Shown here: positions 29,593-40,043 of the stretch, piece by piece
Numbering within the stretch: position 1 is the stretch's first letter
How the letters are laid out: the number at the start of each line of letters is the position of its first letter
Assembly: GCA_050951805.1 (NCBI GenBank)
Contig: JBMNJT010000002.1
Location: forward strand, 1,216,001-1,280,000
Direction: 5' to 3'
DNA length: 64,000 bases
Origin: Bacillota bacterium
Lineage (GTDB): Bacteria > Bacillota > DTU025
The notes under the pieces: model-generated
Databases searched by the model: none
Told to the model about the DNA's origin: nothing
The model's input: the letters and a program-made list of their open reading frames with translations, nothing else
Position numbers and translations under genes: made by a program

Positions 29593-29715
29593 TTATGGCC
29601 CAGGCGCATCGAATAGGCAATGGGAGATGCAACAGACCAAGAAGCAAACGAAGAAGACGTGTAGCCAAAACCACCATCCGAAGAAGAAATGTTCGCCCTT
29701 TACAGGATCTGGCAT
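29593..29715 (-). CDS. Putative 40-aa membrane peptide (below ORF-track cutoff)
   Basis: GGAGGTG RBS; MPDPVKGEHFFFGWWFWLHVFFVCFLVCCISHCLFDAPGP; hairpin downstream. Confidence 0.55.
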   Translation of the reverse strand: MPDPVKGEHFFFGWWFWLHVFFVCFLVCCISHCLFDAPGP

Positions 29716-29983
29716 TGCGCGCTCACCTCCATGATAACCTATGGCATCTTATGATCTAACGCGAAATCGGGAATTGTGAACAAAGCACTGATTTTCACTG
29801 GAGACACTGCGCCTATCAGGCGGTCATGCCTCCGAGACTCCGCGGCACTTGCTATGTGGTGCAGTAAACGATATTATCGTGTCAGAAGCCCGCAGGTTGC
29901 GGGAACATAGTCGGCGTCGTTTTCGTTATAACTATGTAGAACTTACAATGACGCCGATGCAGAAATAAGGTAGGCGCAGGTTT

Positions 29984-30853
29984 ATGGATAATGGCATCGA
30001 GAATGATGGCGCAGTCGGCAAAGGCGAGTCGGCAGTCGCTTCCGCGCACGACGCCGTATCGAGCGGCCCATGTTCGGGTGAGCGTCCTGATTTATGTCCG
30101 GATGAGGGACGACCTGCCGATGAACGAATTGAGAATGTAGACATTAGAAGCGAATCGGACGACGTAGACATCGAAGGAATGATGGTTGGAGCTATCGCTG
30201 ATGAAGCAGCGGCAGCAGCAGAGGCAGCGCGTCTAAGGGAAGCAGCCAGCAAGCGAGAGGCTGCGTTTCGCGAGGTAAGAGAGTACGTGCAAGCAATACT
30301 CCTTGCAATAGTCTTGGCTATGGTTATTATGACATTTATCGGGCGTTCCTTCGTTGTGGAAGGAGCTTCAATGGAGCCAACGCTCCACAACCGTGAACGC
30401 ATAATCGTGGAGAAGGTCTCTTATAGATTCCGCGAACCTGCGAGAGGTGAAATCATCGTCTTGAAGAATCCTTGGAGGCCTGACCAGTCCGGAATGGCCG
30501 CTGCCATGGAAGCCATGCGGGAGCTCGTCGATTTCAGCGGATCCATGAGGCCGTACATCAAGAGAATCGTGGCCGTTGCAGGCGACAGGGTTCAGATCAA
30601 AAATGGCGTTCTGTATCTTAATGGCAAACCCATTGACGAGCCGTATATACTTGAGCGCCCGTGGTCGGATTATGGGCCCGTTATAGTCCCTGAAGATCAC
30701 GTTTTTGTCCTCGGCGACAACCGCAATAACTCCGATGACAGTAGGGGAAGCGTGGGATTTCTCCGGGTCAACCGTATAGTCGGCAGAGCCTGCGTTCGCT
30801 ACTATCCGTTTGACAGGATGGGTGTATTGAAGGCGCCGCCGGTGTATGAGTAA
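29984..30853 (+). CDS. lepB: Signal peptidase I with acidic N-terminal extension
   Basis: GASMEPTL, YIKRIV, GDNRNNSDDSR. Confidence 0.92.
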   Translation: MDNGIENDGAVGKGESAVASAHDAVSSGPCSGERPDLCPDEGRPADERIENVDIRSESDDVDIEGMMVGAIADEAAAAAEAARLREAASKREAAFREVREYVQAILLAIVLAMVIMTFIGRSFVVEGASMEPTLHNRERIIVEKVSYRFREPARGEIIVLKNPWRPDQSGMAAAMEAMRELVDFSGSMRPYIKRIVAVAGDRVQIKNGVLYLNGKPIDEPYILERPWSDYGPVIVPEDHVFVLGDNRNNSDDSRGSVGFLRVNRIVGRACVRYYPFDRMGVLKAPPVYE

Positions 30854-30992
30854 TAATGTTAGGTGCATGACACCGTAGTCCGAGATAAGCTTGAGGCATG
30901 CGAATGACAATAATGCCCCTGAGCGCACGCTCCGGGGCGTTATTGTTTGCGCGGATGGCAACCTCTTTCATACGGAGGGAGACCGGCCACGA

Positions 30993-31463
30993 TTATCGCC
31001 CATCAGAAAGGTCTGAAGTGCAGTGGGCGCACCGAATAGCTTTGACTGGTATCTCCGACAGACAGTATGGGCACTCTTTTGTGGAAGGCGCAGATGCACA
31101 TGGCGCTTCTTCGTTTTCAATGGCCGCAGCGGCTGTTGCCCGGAGAGTGTTAATCCATCTCACGATTAGAAAGAGCGAAAAGGCGACTACAAGGAAATCG
31201 ATGACGTTGTTTATGAACAGCCCGTAGTTGATGGTGGGGGCGCCGGCCTCGTTCGCCTGCGCCAAAGTGGCGTATCCGTTGCCAGACAAGTCAATGAAGA
31301 GGTTAGAGAAATCGACCTTTCCTACAAGAAGGCCTATGGGCGGCATGATTATGTCATTTACCAGAGACGATACGATTTTTCCGAAGGCGCCTCCGATGAT
31401 TATTCCTACAGCCATGTCGATTACATTGCCCTTTACCGCGAATTCTTGGAACTCTTTTAGCAT
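30993..31463 (-). CDS. mscL: Large-conductance mechanosensitive channel with C-terminal CxxC ribbon
   Basis: [25 protein letters not shown]; CPYC..CAHC tail. Confidence 0.95.
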   Translation of the reverse strand: MLKEFQEFAVKGNVIDMAVGIIIGGAFGKIVSSLVNDIIMPPIGLLVGKVDFSNLFIDLSGNGYATLAQANEAGAPTINYGLFINNVIDFLVVAFSLFLIVRWINTLRATAAAAIENEEAPCASAPSTKECPYCLSEIPVKAIRCAHCTSDLSDGR

Positions 31464-31608
31464 TAGTTAATCACTCCTTCGCCGATAAAGCGGCGTTCCC
31501 GTCACAATTGGAAAACTCGGTTTGGTCAATCATATACCTGCTGCAAATGAAAAAACTGCAATAGGCCATCTTAAGGCTGATGCAGTCTAGGGGAGTTTGT
31601 GTTGAACA

Positions 31609-31692
31609 TGGTGCGAGAGGAGGGATTTGAACCCTCACGGTTTTACCCGTCAGATCCTAAGTCTGATGCGTCTGCCGTTCCGCCACTCTCGC
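31609..31692 (-). tRNA. tRNA-Leu(TAG)
   Basis: Anticodon arm TCAGA-CTTAGGA-TCTGA, long variable arm, CCA. Confidence 0.95.
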
Positions 31693-31721
31693 ACGTACTG
31701 CTGCGAGCCGAGGCATAAGAA

Positions 31722-31798
31722 TGGTCGAGGTGCCGGGATTTGAACCCGGGGCCTCTTGGTCCCGAACCAAGCGCGCTACCAAACTGCGCTACACCTCG
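31722..31798 (-). tRNA. tRNA-Pro(CGG)
   Basis: Anticodon arm CTTGG-TTCGGGA-CCAAG, CCA. Confidence 0.95.
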
Positions 31799-31971
31799 AC
31801 CTTGCGCCCCTCAGAGCACATCAATAGTATATGGCATTGCCGCAGTGGTGTCAAACCAAATCGCGCCGGAATTTGTTGATCCGGAATGCTGAGTGCTCAG
31901 CGCAAGGGCAAGCATGGAAGACCTGCGAAACATGTGCCATAATTAGTACAGGATAGAAAGAGGGAGATGTC

Positions 31972-32751
31972 ATGGCAGAGGAGAAGCAACTCACGCTCTT
32001 CGAACATGGTGATGCGGAAGATTCCATGGTGGAACAGATGAACCTATGGAGCGCCGAAGCAGAGTCGAATCAGTCGACTGCGCAGGCAATACCGTCCTGG
32101 TCCGCAGCTGCTCATATAAGCGCTCCTGTGGCTGTACCTTTATCCGCTCATCCAAAGGGGCTGTGGGAAACGAGTGTTGTCAGGGCCCCCGACCTGCCGG
32201 ATCTTGATGCAGTAGCGCGCGAGGCAAAAGAGTGTAGACGCTGTAAGCTGGGTGGTATGCGGAAGAATGCAGTTCCTGGAGAAGGGAATCCGCATGCGCG
32301 AATAATGTTCGTTGGTGAGGGACCTGGCGCCGACGAGGATGCGCAAGGGAGGCCGTTTGTGGGAGCTGCGGGAAGGGTTTTGGACAAGCTCATTGCATCG
32401 ATGGGCTTGAAACGCGAAGACGTTTTCATAGGGAATGTCGTGAAATGCCGTCCTCCGGGCAATCGTGTGCCAGCACCTGATGAAGTGGAGGCTTGCATGC
32501 CCTACCTGGCGCGTCAGATCGAGCTGATAGATCCGGACATACTCGTAATCTTGGGCGCCACGGCGCTCAAAGCTTTGGTTGACCCGAACGCTTCCATCAC
32601 GCGAATGCGAGGCAAATGGCTTGAGCGAAGCGGGATCCGGATAATGCCCACATTTCATCCGGCGGCTTTGCTTCGCGATACCAGCAAGAAAGCCTTGGTC
32701 TGGGAAGACATGAAGAAGGTCAGGGCCTGCATGAAAGACTTTGAAGCGTAG
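31972..32751 (+). CDS. Family-4 uracil-DNA glycosylase
   Basis: CRRC, GEGPG, FVGAAG, KCRPPGNR, HPAALLR. Confidence 0.93.
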   Translation: MAEEKQLTLFEHGDAEDSMVEQMNLWSAEAESNQSTAQAIPSWSAAAHISAPVAVPLSAHPKGLWETSVVRAPDLPDLDAVAREAKECRRCKLGGMRKNAVPGEGNPHARIMFVGEGPGADEDAQGRPFVGAAGRVLDKLIASMGLKREDVFIGNVVKCRPPGNRVPAPDEVEACMPYLARQIELIDPDILVILGATALKALVDPNASITRMRGKWLERSGIRIMPTFHPAALLRDTSKKALVWEDMKKVRACMKDFEA

Positions 32752-32824
32752 GGGGAAGAATAACTGCGAGCGCAGACTAATACTCTTCCGATGAGGGCAA
32801 TGACCTTGAGGAGGTGCGGAGATT

Positions 32825-33226
32825 ATGAGGGCGGGTGCTCCGAAACGTGAGAGCGACCGCGCCCAGATCCCCATTTGGAAGCTGGTTGCGCTCGGTTGCG
32901 GCGTTTGTTTCCTTGCCACACTGGTACTGTCCGCCGTCGGTGGAATACTCACGACCCTGTTTACCTTCGACCCTACTACTATCAATAACGCTGTTCCCGT
33001 CATAGGATATCTTAGCGGGGGAATAGGTGGTCTCTGGGCAGGCAAGAGGGGAGGCAAGAATGGGGGGAGAAACGGACTCTTGATCGGTGTGGTCTACCTT
33101 AGCATCGTTCTTCTGATATCTGCAGCCGTCGTCAGGGAACCCATGAGCTTGGCATCGGTTTTCACACGTGGGATGTCCACGATAATCGTTTCAACTCTCG
33201 GAGGGATCATCGGCGTCAATTTATAA
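32825..33226 (+). CDS. TIGR04086/YrzE-like membrane protein
   Basis: Four hydrophobic helices, GG..AG..G..G, LGGIIGVN end. Confidence 0.7.
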   Translation: MRAGAPKRESDRAQIPIWKLVALGCGVCFLATLVLSAVGGILTTLFTFDPTTINNAVPVIGYLSGGIGGLWAGKRGGKNGGRNGLLIGVVYLSIVLLISAAVVREPMSLASVFTRGMSTIIVSTLGGIIGVNL

Positions 33227-33423
33227 GGTGGTAGCTACAACAAAATGCGTGTCGACAAGATTCGAGAACGTCTGCCTGGGCAGCCGGCGTATGCTGGTTG
33301 CCTATTCTTTTGGTACAATCGGTCGTGAGCAGGGCAAGGAGGAATCTGCCGACCAATGGCGAACGATTAAACCAACTGGAGTGAATCTTTAGTCCCACAA
33401 AATCCGACAAGGGGGAATGATAG

Positions 33424-33783
33424 ATGATTCACCTCGCGCGTGAGGATGTTCTGCGGGGGCTTGAGCGTTTCAGGAGCATCGCGAAGCAAGATTTCCTCGC
33501 AAGCGGCCTCACGGAAAATCCGGAGTTTTGGGCGGCTCAAGCAGCAGCCCGACGGGCACAGTACGATCAGCTGATAGAGATTATTGAAACATCTGGAGTT
33601 CCGCGGGCCATAGAGAAGGCGATAGAATGCTACAACGAACTGCCGAACCTTTATGATGAGCCCGAATTCGGTCAGCCGGAGACGCGTGGTAGAAAACAGG
33701 CGCTTGAGGTCTTCTTCAAAGCGGTTGGCGTAGACCGCAAAACAATAAGGGATGCTCGGGGGCAAAAGACGGCGCGCATGTAG
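33424..33783 (+). CDS. Hypothetical protein
   Basis: 119-aa ORF with GGGGGA RBS; no motif recognised. Confidence 0.65.
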   Translation: MIHLAREDVLRGLERFRSIAKQDFLASGLTENPEFWAAQAAARRAQYDQLIEIIETSGVPRAIEKAIECYNELPNLYDEPEFGQPETRGRKQALEVFFKAVGVDRKTIRDARGQKTARM

Positions 33784-33878
33784 GCGCGTTTTGCTTTTTT
33801 ATACAGGGCATTTCCTCTGTAAACATATAGAAGCCGGGCGGGATGAATCCAGCCCGGCTTCGCTGTGGTCCACAAAAA

Positions 33879-34505
33879 TCAATGAATCTTCCTTACCAGC
33901 CCGATAACCTTTCCCAAAAGCATGGCTTTGTCGGTGATTATGGCAGAGAAGGCTGGGTTCTCCGGCTCGAGCCTCACATGATTACCGTCGCGATAGAAGC
34001 GTTTGACTGTTGCCTCATCCTCAATTAAAGCCACTACGATATCGCCATTTTCCGCGGTGGGCTGTTTTCTGACAAGAACATAGTCGCCATCGAGTATGCC
34101 TGCACCCACCATGCTTTCGCCGGACACCTGAAGCAGGAAGGAATCGCACTCCCCAGCTAAAGAGCGGGGGAGAGGGAAGTAGTCCGCAATGTTCTCAACA
34201 GCGAGAATAGGCTGCCCGGCAGTGACCCGCCCCACCAAGGGAACGTTCAAGACATCGCGAGCGGGCAGAGGCATGCGGTCGACGCCCATGATCACTTCTA
34301 TTGCTCGAGGCTTGGCCGCATCGCGGCGTATGTATCCCTTACGTTCGAGGGATGAGAGATATCCGTGGACAGTAGAGGTCGATTTCAACCCTACAGCTTG
34401 ACCAATCTCTCTGACCGATGGCGGATAGCCTCGCTCTTCGATTTGATCGGATATGAGTTGGAGGATCTGTTCTTCTCTGGCGCTAAGCATAGCCAAGCCC
34501 ATCAA
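33879..34505 (-). CDS. lexA: SOS repressor LexA
   Basis: [26 protein letters not shown]. Confidence 0.97.
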   Translation of the reverse strand: MMGLAMLSAREEQILQLISDQIEERGYPPSVREIGQAVGLKSTSTVHGYLSSLERKGYIRRDAAKPRAIEVIMGVDRMPLPARDVLNVPLVGRVTAGQPILAVENIADYFPLPRSLAGECDSFLLQVSGESMVGAGILDGDYVLVRKQPTAENGDIVVALIEDEATVKRFYRDGNHVRLEPENPAFSAIITDKAMLLGKVIGLVRKIH

Positions 34506-34550
34506 CCCCCTTCAGCTGAGGAAAGTATATCACAGCAGCCGAGCTGTTGC

Positions 34551-34626
34551 AAACATTCGTTCGGTTCAGCCCTTGACACAGAACATATGTTCTGTTAACC
34601 TTGGATTGGGTCCAGAACATCTGTTT
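34551..34626. promoter_or_regulatory. Three SOS (GAAC-N4-GTTC) boxes between lexA and yneA
   Basis: AAACATTCGTTC (34551), GAACATATGTTC (34581), GAACATCTGTTT (34615). Confidence 0.85.
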
Positions 34627-34644
34627 GCCAAGGGGGAAGCATCT

Positions 34645-35049
34645 GTGGACAAAGAGGGAATGGTGAATGCAAAGGAATATGGCAGACGATCCAAACCCCG
34701 CAGGGCCAAATCGAGGCCGCTCGCCATCCGCGTCAATTTCGAGAAAGCTGCATTTATCCTAGCTGCGATGGTGCTTGCCACAGTAGGCCTCACATTGGCG
34801 TTCTCTCAGAGGCCATACGTGGCTCCGCCGCTAGAAAATCTAGAAACGGTCACCGTGACTGTGCACCCAGGGGACACGCTATGGGGCATTGCGTCGCGGT
34901 TCTCAGACGGCAATGTTGACATTAGGCACGTGGTGCGCACAATCTCGGAGCTGAACGGATTGGAAGGCTCAATAATCCGGCCCGGGCAGGGCATCCTGGT
35001 TCCTGTTGAGCGGCCACAGGTGGCCGGCATGAGACGGCCATGGCGCTGA
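34645..35049 (+). CDS. yneA: LysM-domain SOS cell-division inhibitor (YneA-like)
   Basis: TM helix + VHPGDTLWGIA LysM; divergent from lexA. Confidence 0.8.
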   Translation: MDKEGMVNAKEYGRRSKPRRAKSRPLAIRVNFEKAAFILAAMVLATVGLTLAFSQRPYVAPPLENLETVTVTVHPGDTLWGIASRFSDGNVDIRHVVRTISELNGLEGSIIRPGQGILVPVERPQVAGMRRPWR

Positions 35050-35101
35050 GCGGCCCGCCGGAAGCGCGACCCCATGTTGGGACATGAGTGGGGGGTTGTG
35101 A

Positions 35102-35760
35102 GTGCCGGAACTGCACAGATGTGCGAGGCAATTGCGGACAAAACGGTGATCAATGCCACATGTGTGCAACCCAAGTGCCTGACTGGGGATGGGAGGCAAT
35201 CTGGTCTATCGTGCGCCGAATGATCCGCTGCCCGCCAAGTGGCAACTACGAATTGATTTCGCGGACCACTCCGGTTTCACGTGCAGACCGTGGTGGTTTG
35301 GATACTTTCACATCGCCCAACTCCACAGACTTGATGACCCCCCGATGGTCGGCGCTCTCGGCCCATCGCCCCTCGACGAGGCTTTCACCTTGGAGATCTT
35401 TCGCACGCTCGTGCGTAGCCGGCACGGCTGTGTCAAGGCGTTTCTTCTGGACCAGCGAAACATTTCAGGGATCGAGAATGCTTACTCCCATGACGTGCTT
35501 TTTGCAGCAGGAATCCATCCGCAGCGCCAACTTTCAAGCCTTGCTGATTCCGAAGTGGCAGCGCTATACAGCTCCATCCTATCAGTTCTTAAGGCTTCAG
35601 TGGATCTGGGTGGGGCTTCTTATGAACTCGATTTCTACGGACACCCGGGAGGCTTCACAGAGGACAAGCTTCTTGTAGGGTATGCGGCAGCCTTATCGCG
35701 AAGATCAAAACCGGTCGCACCAATTCATTTATCCGTCCATCATGCCAGCCCCTATAGGCA
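35102..35760 (+). pseudogene. Eroded Fpg/Nei DNA glycosylase
   Basis: GTG-PEL start, LGMGG, LGPSPL, KAFLLDQRNISGI H2TH and CPSCQ zinc-finger remnants in different frames. Confidence 0.75.
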
Positions 35761-35796
35761 CGGGATCTCGGATCACCATGACCCAACACAGATATA

Positions 35797-35824
35797 ACGT
35801 CGCATAATACACATTATGTTAACT
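35797..35824. other. Chromosomal dif (XerC/D) site
   Basis: ACGTCGCATAA-TACACA-TTATGTTAACT; gene orientation converges here. Confidence 0.88.
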
Positions 35825-36281
35825 TTACGTGTACCAAGAAAATCGCATTTCATTGATGCCCGCGATCAGAATCGGGTTTTCGGAACTAGCCAGATTCTGA
35901 TTTCTCTTGACTTTTGGGCAAGTCTGGCGTCAAAAGTGAGTATGACGCCTTCTGAAGGCCTTCTTGGAGACGCAGAAACCGACATATCGTTTCTCGGGCC
36001 TCTGCGATCGCCTACAAGCAGTGTTGGTTTGCAATGAAGCAATCACCGGTGCAATGAGGTTTGCGACGCTCACAGAGGCTCACAGAGCGTCAGTTCTGCA
36101 GTAGATCGCCGAAGGAACAAGTTTGCGGCACACACCCGGGTGTGCGCCGCAAAATCCCTTGCTCAACTGCTGCGCGGTCATGAGCAAAACAAAAAATCAT
36201 TATGAGTGCGAATCTACATGAGTCGTGAGGCTGCAAGATGCCGCCAGAATGGCTTTCAGGTTAACATAAAGCCAACCAACC

Positions 36282-37385
36282 TCATCTTACGAGGATATCC
36301 GGTCGCGCTATCTCACTGCCGTCATTGCCTTGTATTGAACGCATCGGCCAATTCCCGGTTTGCGTTATGATGTCGGGGCCGTCCTTCGTGGCGATGATCG
36401 TGTCTTCGCTTCTTATGCCATGGACGATCGGGTTCCAAGCGAAAGCCTGGTTTTCCAGGACCGTCTCTTGACTGGAGCCTGTTGCTAGGTAGTCCCGAAC
36501 CAGATATCCCGTGGCTCCGCCCAAGTGGTGCTTTTTCCATTCGTCAGGATAGCCAACGTCCTCATAGGCCCGGACGGCGGCATCAAAACACTTCGAGACT
36601 GGTTGACCTGGACGCGTTGCACAGATTGCGGCTGCTTCGATCCGGATTGCCGCATCATGCCATGCTCTGATGTGATCTGGGATCGGCCCTATGCAAACCA
36701 TCCTTGTGGCGCTCGCAGATAGCCCCCATCTACTGCCAGCAACTGTTAACATGGCGTATTTTTCCATGCGGGAGTAGGTCGGGGTGGGTTGGCTATTGCT
36801 CGTATTCCTTCCATCTGTCGCAATAAGTGTAACCCGCGGAGCGATTCCTGAATCAACCAGCCGCACTGCAAGAAGAGAAGAGATTTTATGTTCAGTCATG
36901 CCAGGTTCCACACAACGCGCTACTTCTTCCAAAGCTTTGCCCAGCTGACCTCCGAGCCACCTGTATCGGTCGATCTCCTCGGGTTCGAGTTTGAATCTGA
37001 GGGGCGCAATCTCATCGCCGTAGTAGATTGCGCCGCTCATCAGGACATCGGCGCCTACAGCGTTCCTCGCGCCGAAACTGTCTGGGTCAGGCAGCCCCTC
37101 ATACCATGACCTGGAGATCAGCTTGAACCCCTTTTGTTCTAGGCACGAATTCTGGTTGAGCCTTGCGATTTCGGCCTCATCCGCTGCTACATACGCTGAA
37201 TCCTCAGTAACCACGGCGCAGGCAGCTACGCGTCCAGTTGTCTCATCCACCGAAGGCGCCTCGCCTCCGGTGATCCAGGCGAAGTTTGAACGCTCCACGA
37301 GCAGCATGGCGTCTAGGCCCCTTTCTAACATGAGCCGACGCACTTTCTCCAATTTGTTTTGAACTTCCCGTTCCATGAACATCAC
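36282..37385 (-). CDS. M24 family (Xaa-Pro-like) peptidase
   Basis: Creatinase-like N domain, HHLGGATGY, RSEDT. Confidence 0.8.
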   Translation of the reverse strand: MMFMEREVQNKLEKVRRLMLERGLDAMLLVERSNFAWITGGEAPSVDETTGRVAACAVVTEDSAYVAADEAEIARLNQNSCLEQKGFKLISRSWYEGLPDPDSFGARNAVGADVLMSGAIYYGDEIAPLRFKLEPEEIDRYRWLGGQLGKALEEVARCVEPGMTEHKISSLLAVRLVDSGIAPRVTLIATDGRNTSNSQPTPTYSRMEKYAMLTVAGSRWGLSASATRMVCIGPIPDHIRAWHDAAIRIEAAAICATRPGQPVSKCFDAAVRAYEDVGYPDEWKKHHLGGATGYLVRDYLATGSSQETVLENQAFAWNPIVHGIRSEDTIIATKDGPDIITQTGNWPMRSIQGNDGSEIARPDILVR

Positions 37386-37391
37386 CCCTGC

Positions 37392-37610
37392 TCAGTGGCT
37401 ACATGTGCCACATGATCCACCAGCGCACGAACCACATGATCCGCCTGAAGACGACGAAAACGTCGATCCGCTCTTGAAGCCGAAAGAGGAGAAGAGTTTC
37501 TTAACCTCGTCGCTCCCACACTTTGGACATTTGACATCGGCACAACAACCGGTAACTAGCTCTTCAAATTTCTCACCGCATTTGGCGCACTTATACTCGA
37601 ATATTGGCAT
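37392..37610 (-). CDS. FmdB-family zinc-ribbon protein
   Basis: MPIFEYKCAKCG..CPKCGS. Confidence 0.88.
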   Translation of the reverse strand: MPIFEYKCAKCGEKFEELVTGCCADVKCPKCGSDEVKKLFSSFGFKSGSTFSSSSGGSCGSCAGGSCGTCSH

Positions 37611-37625
37611 TTGTGTCCCTCCTAG

Positions 37626-38411
37626 TCATGCCATGCCAAGAAGTGACAACATGGTCTTGGCATTTACCGCGGCTTGCCCGGCGTGGCAATTATTGAACAA
37701 AACGAAAGCACGCTTCGTGGCCTCTGCGAGACGCTGTATTTTTGGCGCCCACTCAAGGAGCTCTGCTTCGGTGTATAGATAATTATAACGTTCCCAAGCT
37801 TCATTATGTTTCCACCACGTCTTAGCATTTCTCCCGTGAAACCTTACATAAGCAATGGGAGACGTATATACGGCAAGAGGTGGAAAGAGCCCCCGTAGGT
37901 TGGGTTCATCCACACAGCAAAACCCCATTCCCGCCCCTTTGAGCAGGTCGAACGTAGACTGGGATACCCATTCCACATTCCTGAACTCGACCACGATGGG
38001 GATATCAGGCAGCAGTGCAGGAAGGCGCTGGACATAACTGCTATTTTCGGGAGTCCTCTTAAAGCCCCATGGAAACTGGCAGAGAACACAACCCAGCTTG
38101 CCTTCACTGACTAAAGGTGCCATCGCTTTGGAGAATGTCTGGAATGCCTCTGCGATATCATCGCTGTCACGAGAAAGCTCATGAGTCATACTTCGATGTG
38201 CCTTTACGCAAAAGCTGAAATTCTCGGGAGTCCTGCGAGACATGCCTCCAATGGTCTTCGCATCCGGCATGCGATAGTATGTGAAGTCCAGCTCCACCAC
38301 GCTGAATTGAGTTGCATACCATTCGAGCATCTCCCGATCGGAAATGCTTTCTGGGTAGAAAACGCCTCGCCAATCCCTGTAGCTGAACCCACAAGTTCCA
38401 ACCTCTATCAC
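37626..38411 (-). CDS. DUF72 family protein
   Basis: [31 protein letters not shown]. Confidence 0.88.
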   Translation of the reverse strand: MIEVGTCGFSYRDWRGVFYPESISDREMLEWYATQFSVVELDFTYYRMPDAKTIGGMSRRTPENFSFCVKAHRSMTHELSRDSDDIAEAFQTFSKAMAPLVSEGKLGCVLCQFPWGFKRTPENSSYVQRLPALLPDIPIVVEFRNVEWVSQSTFDLLKGAGMGFCCVDEPNLRGLFPPLAVYTSPIAYVRFHGRNAKTWWKHNEAWERYNYLYTEAELLEWAPKIQRLAEATKRAFVLFNNCHAGQAAVNAKTMLSLLGMA

Positions 38412-38773
38412 GGCGAAGATCCCTCCATCAGCTTGAAGACAAGCTCTATGAATCCATCCTTGAACGAGAGTTCTGCCGGAGGTTTCCCGAAGGACTTCAC
38501 CTCTGCTATTTCTTGGACATCACTTGGCTTGCCCACAGCAAGCACATAAGCAATGTATACAATCCCCTTGGAACTGTTTACCCCGTTGGTCACTGTGTAC
38601 CAGCACAGAGGCTTCAAGTCGTCTACCAGAGCCCCCGCTTCCTCCAACAGCTCGCGACGGGCGGCCTCTTCAGGGCTTTCCCCCTGCTCTATTTGTCCTC
38701 CGGGAAACTCCCAACCTGCGCGGCGGACATTTCGAACCAGAAGGAGCTCCCCGTCTGTTACAGGCACGACCAA
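38408..38773 (-). CDS. NUDIX hydrolase (start uncertain; frame open further upstream)
   Basis: [24 protein letters not shown] Nudix box. Confidence 0.85.
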   Translation of the reverse strand: MVVPVTDGELLLVRNVRRAGWEFPGGQIEQGESPEEAARRELLEEAGALVDDLKPLCWYTVTNGVNSSKGIVYIAYVLAVGKPSDVQEIAEVKSFGKPPAELSFKDGFIELVFKLMEGSSP

Positions 38774-38882
38774 GACACTGTCAGGTTTTGACCATTCATC
38801 CTCAGGAGGACGACCACTAAACCAAAGATCTGTATGGACTCCGGGCCCGTCCAGCTTGATGAAGCCTCTTTCGTCGGCCTTG

Positions 38883-40037
38883 TCAGTCTTCCAACTCCCT
38901 ACCTCGAATCACACCCTTCGACCCATACCTTTGAGAAAGCTCGTCCAACACGTCGTCAATCGCACAGTTCCGATTGTCCGATCCGAAAAGCGAAAGCTGC
39001 CGACAATCGGATAGCCCGGATACAGATAGGCCGATAAGCCTGACAGCCATGCCCATATCAATTTCGTCCAGCAAAGTACATGCAGTGTTGTAGATGGTAT
39101 CGTAATCATCGAAGGGTTCGGCCATGGTCTTGCTTCTCGTCACTTGGCTGAAGTCTGCAAACTTCACTTTAACTGTCACGGTTCGCGCGAGCTTCCCCGC
39201 TCCGCGCAGCCTTGACCCAACCCTGCGGGCATGTTGCGCCAGGTATTGCACAAGTTCGTACCGGTCTGCGATATCCTCGTCGAATGTCGATTCAGACCCG
39301 AAGGATTTCTGCTCCTCATCTGCAACCACTGGGTCATCATCGATCCCGCGAGCCAAATCGTAGAGCTGTGCTCCCCATTTTCCATACTGCTCTACAAGCC
39401 ATTCCTTTGACCAGAGGCGAAGATCCTCTACGGTTTCAATGCCGTATCGTGCGAGAGACCTCTCCCCCTTTTCGCCCACTCCCCATACATCTCGTACTGG
39501 GAGAGGAGAGAGAAACGCGTCCACATCTTCTGGACAGATCACCAAGAGCCCGTCTGGCTTGGACTTCGATGAAGCCAGTTTGGCCAAGAACTTGTTTTGT
39601 GCTATGCCTACAGACGCCGTAAGCCCCGATGCATCCTTTATGGCCTGTTTTATCTGCGTGCCCAGATCCAAGGCGTCTGTGTAGAAGTGTTCACACCCGG
39701 TCATGTCGAGAAATGCCTCGTCTATGGAGACCTGTTGCATGATGGGCGTGAACGCCTCTAAGACACGCATTATTTCCCTTGACACCTGCACATATCGGGC
39801 CATGTTGCCCGGCACGAAAATGGCGTGAGGGCACAACCGCGCTGCCTGTGACATCGGCATCGCCGACCTCACACCATAGGCGCGCGCTTCATAGGAACAC
39901 GTAGACACCACAGCCCGAACGCTGTCACGAGGCCCGCCAACGATAACGGGTTTCCCGCGGTAATCGGGGTTGTCAAGTGCCTCTACTGCCGCGAAGAAAC
40001 AGTCCATGTCGACATGGGCGATGGTACGTGTCCACAC
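38883..40037 (-). CDS. dinB: DNA polymerase IV
   Basis: [30 protein letters not shown] clamp motif. Confidence 0.95.
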   Translation of the reverse strand: MWTRTIAHVDMDCFFAAVEALDNPDYRGKPVIVGGPRDSVRAVVSTCSYEARAYGVRSAMPMSQAARLCPHAIFVPGNMARYVQVSREIMRVLEAFTPIMQQVSIDEAFLDMTGCEHFYTDALDLGTQIKQAIKDASGLTASVGIAQNKFLAKLASSKSKPDGLLVICPEDVDAFLSPLPVRDVWGVGEKGERSLARYGIETVEDLRLWSKEWLVEQYGKWGAQLYDLARGIDDDPVVADEEQKSFGSESTFDEDIADRYELVQYLAQHARRVGSRLRGAGKLARTVTVKVKFADFSQVTRSKTMAEPFDDYDTIYNTACTLLDEIDMGMAVRLIGLSVSGLSDCRQLSLFGSDNRNCAIDDVLDELSQRYGSKGVIRGRELED

Positions 40038-40043
40038 ACGAAA

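Noticed and set aside
32140-33057. Long antisense ORFs (also 5730-6563, 6535-7467, 59908-60588)
   Set aside because: Shadow frames opposite well-supported genes in GC-rich DNA, with no recognisable motifs.
33227-33423. SCIFF/ranthipeptide precursor after the TIGR04086-like gene
   Set aside because: No six-cysteine small ORF and no radical SAM maturase nearby.
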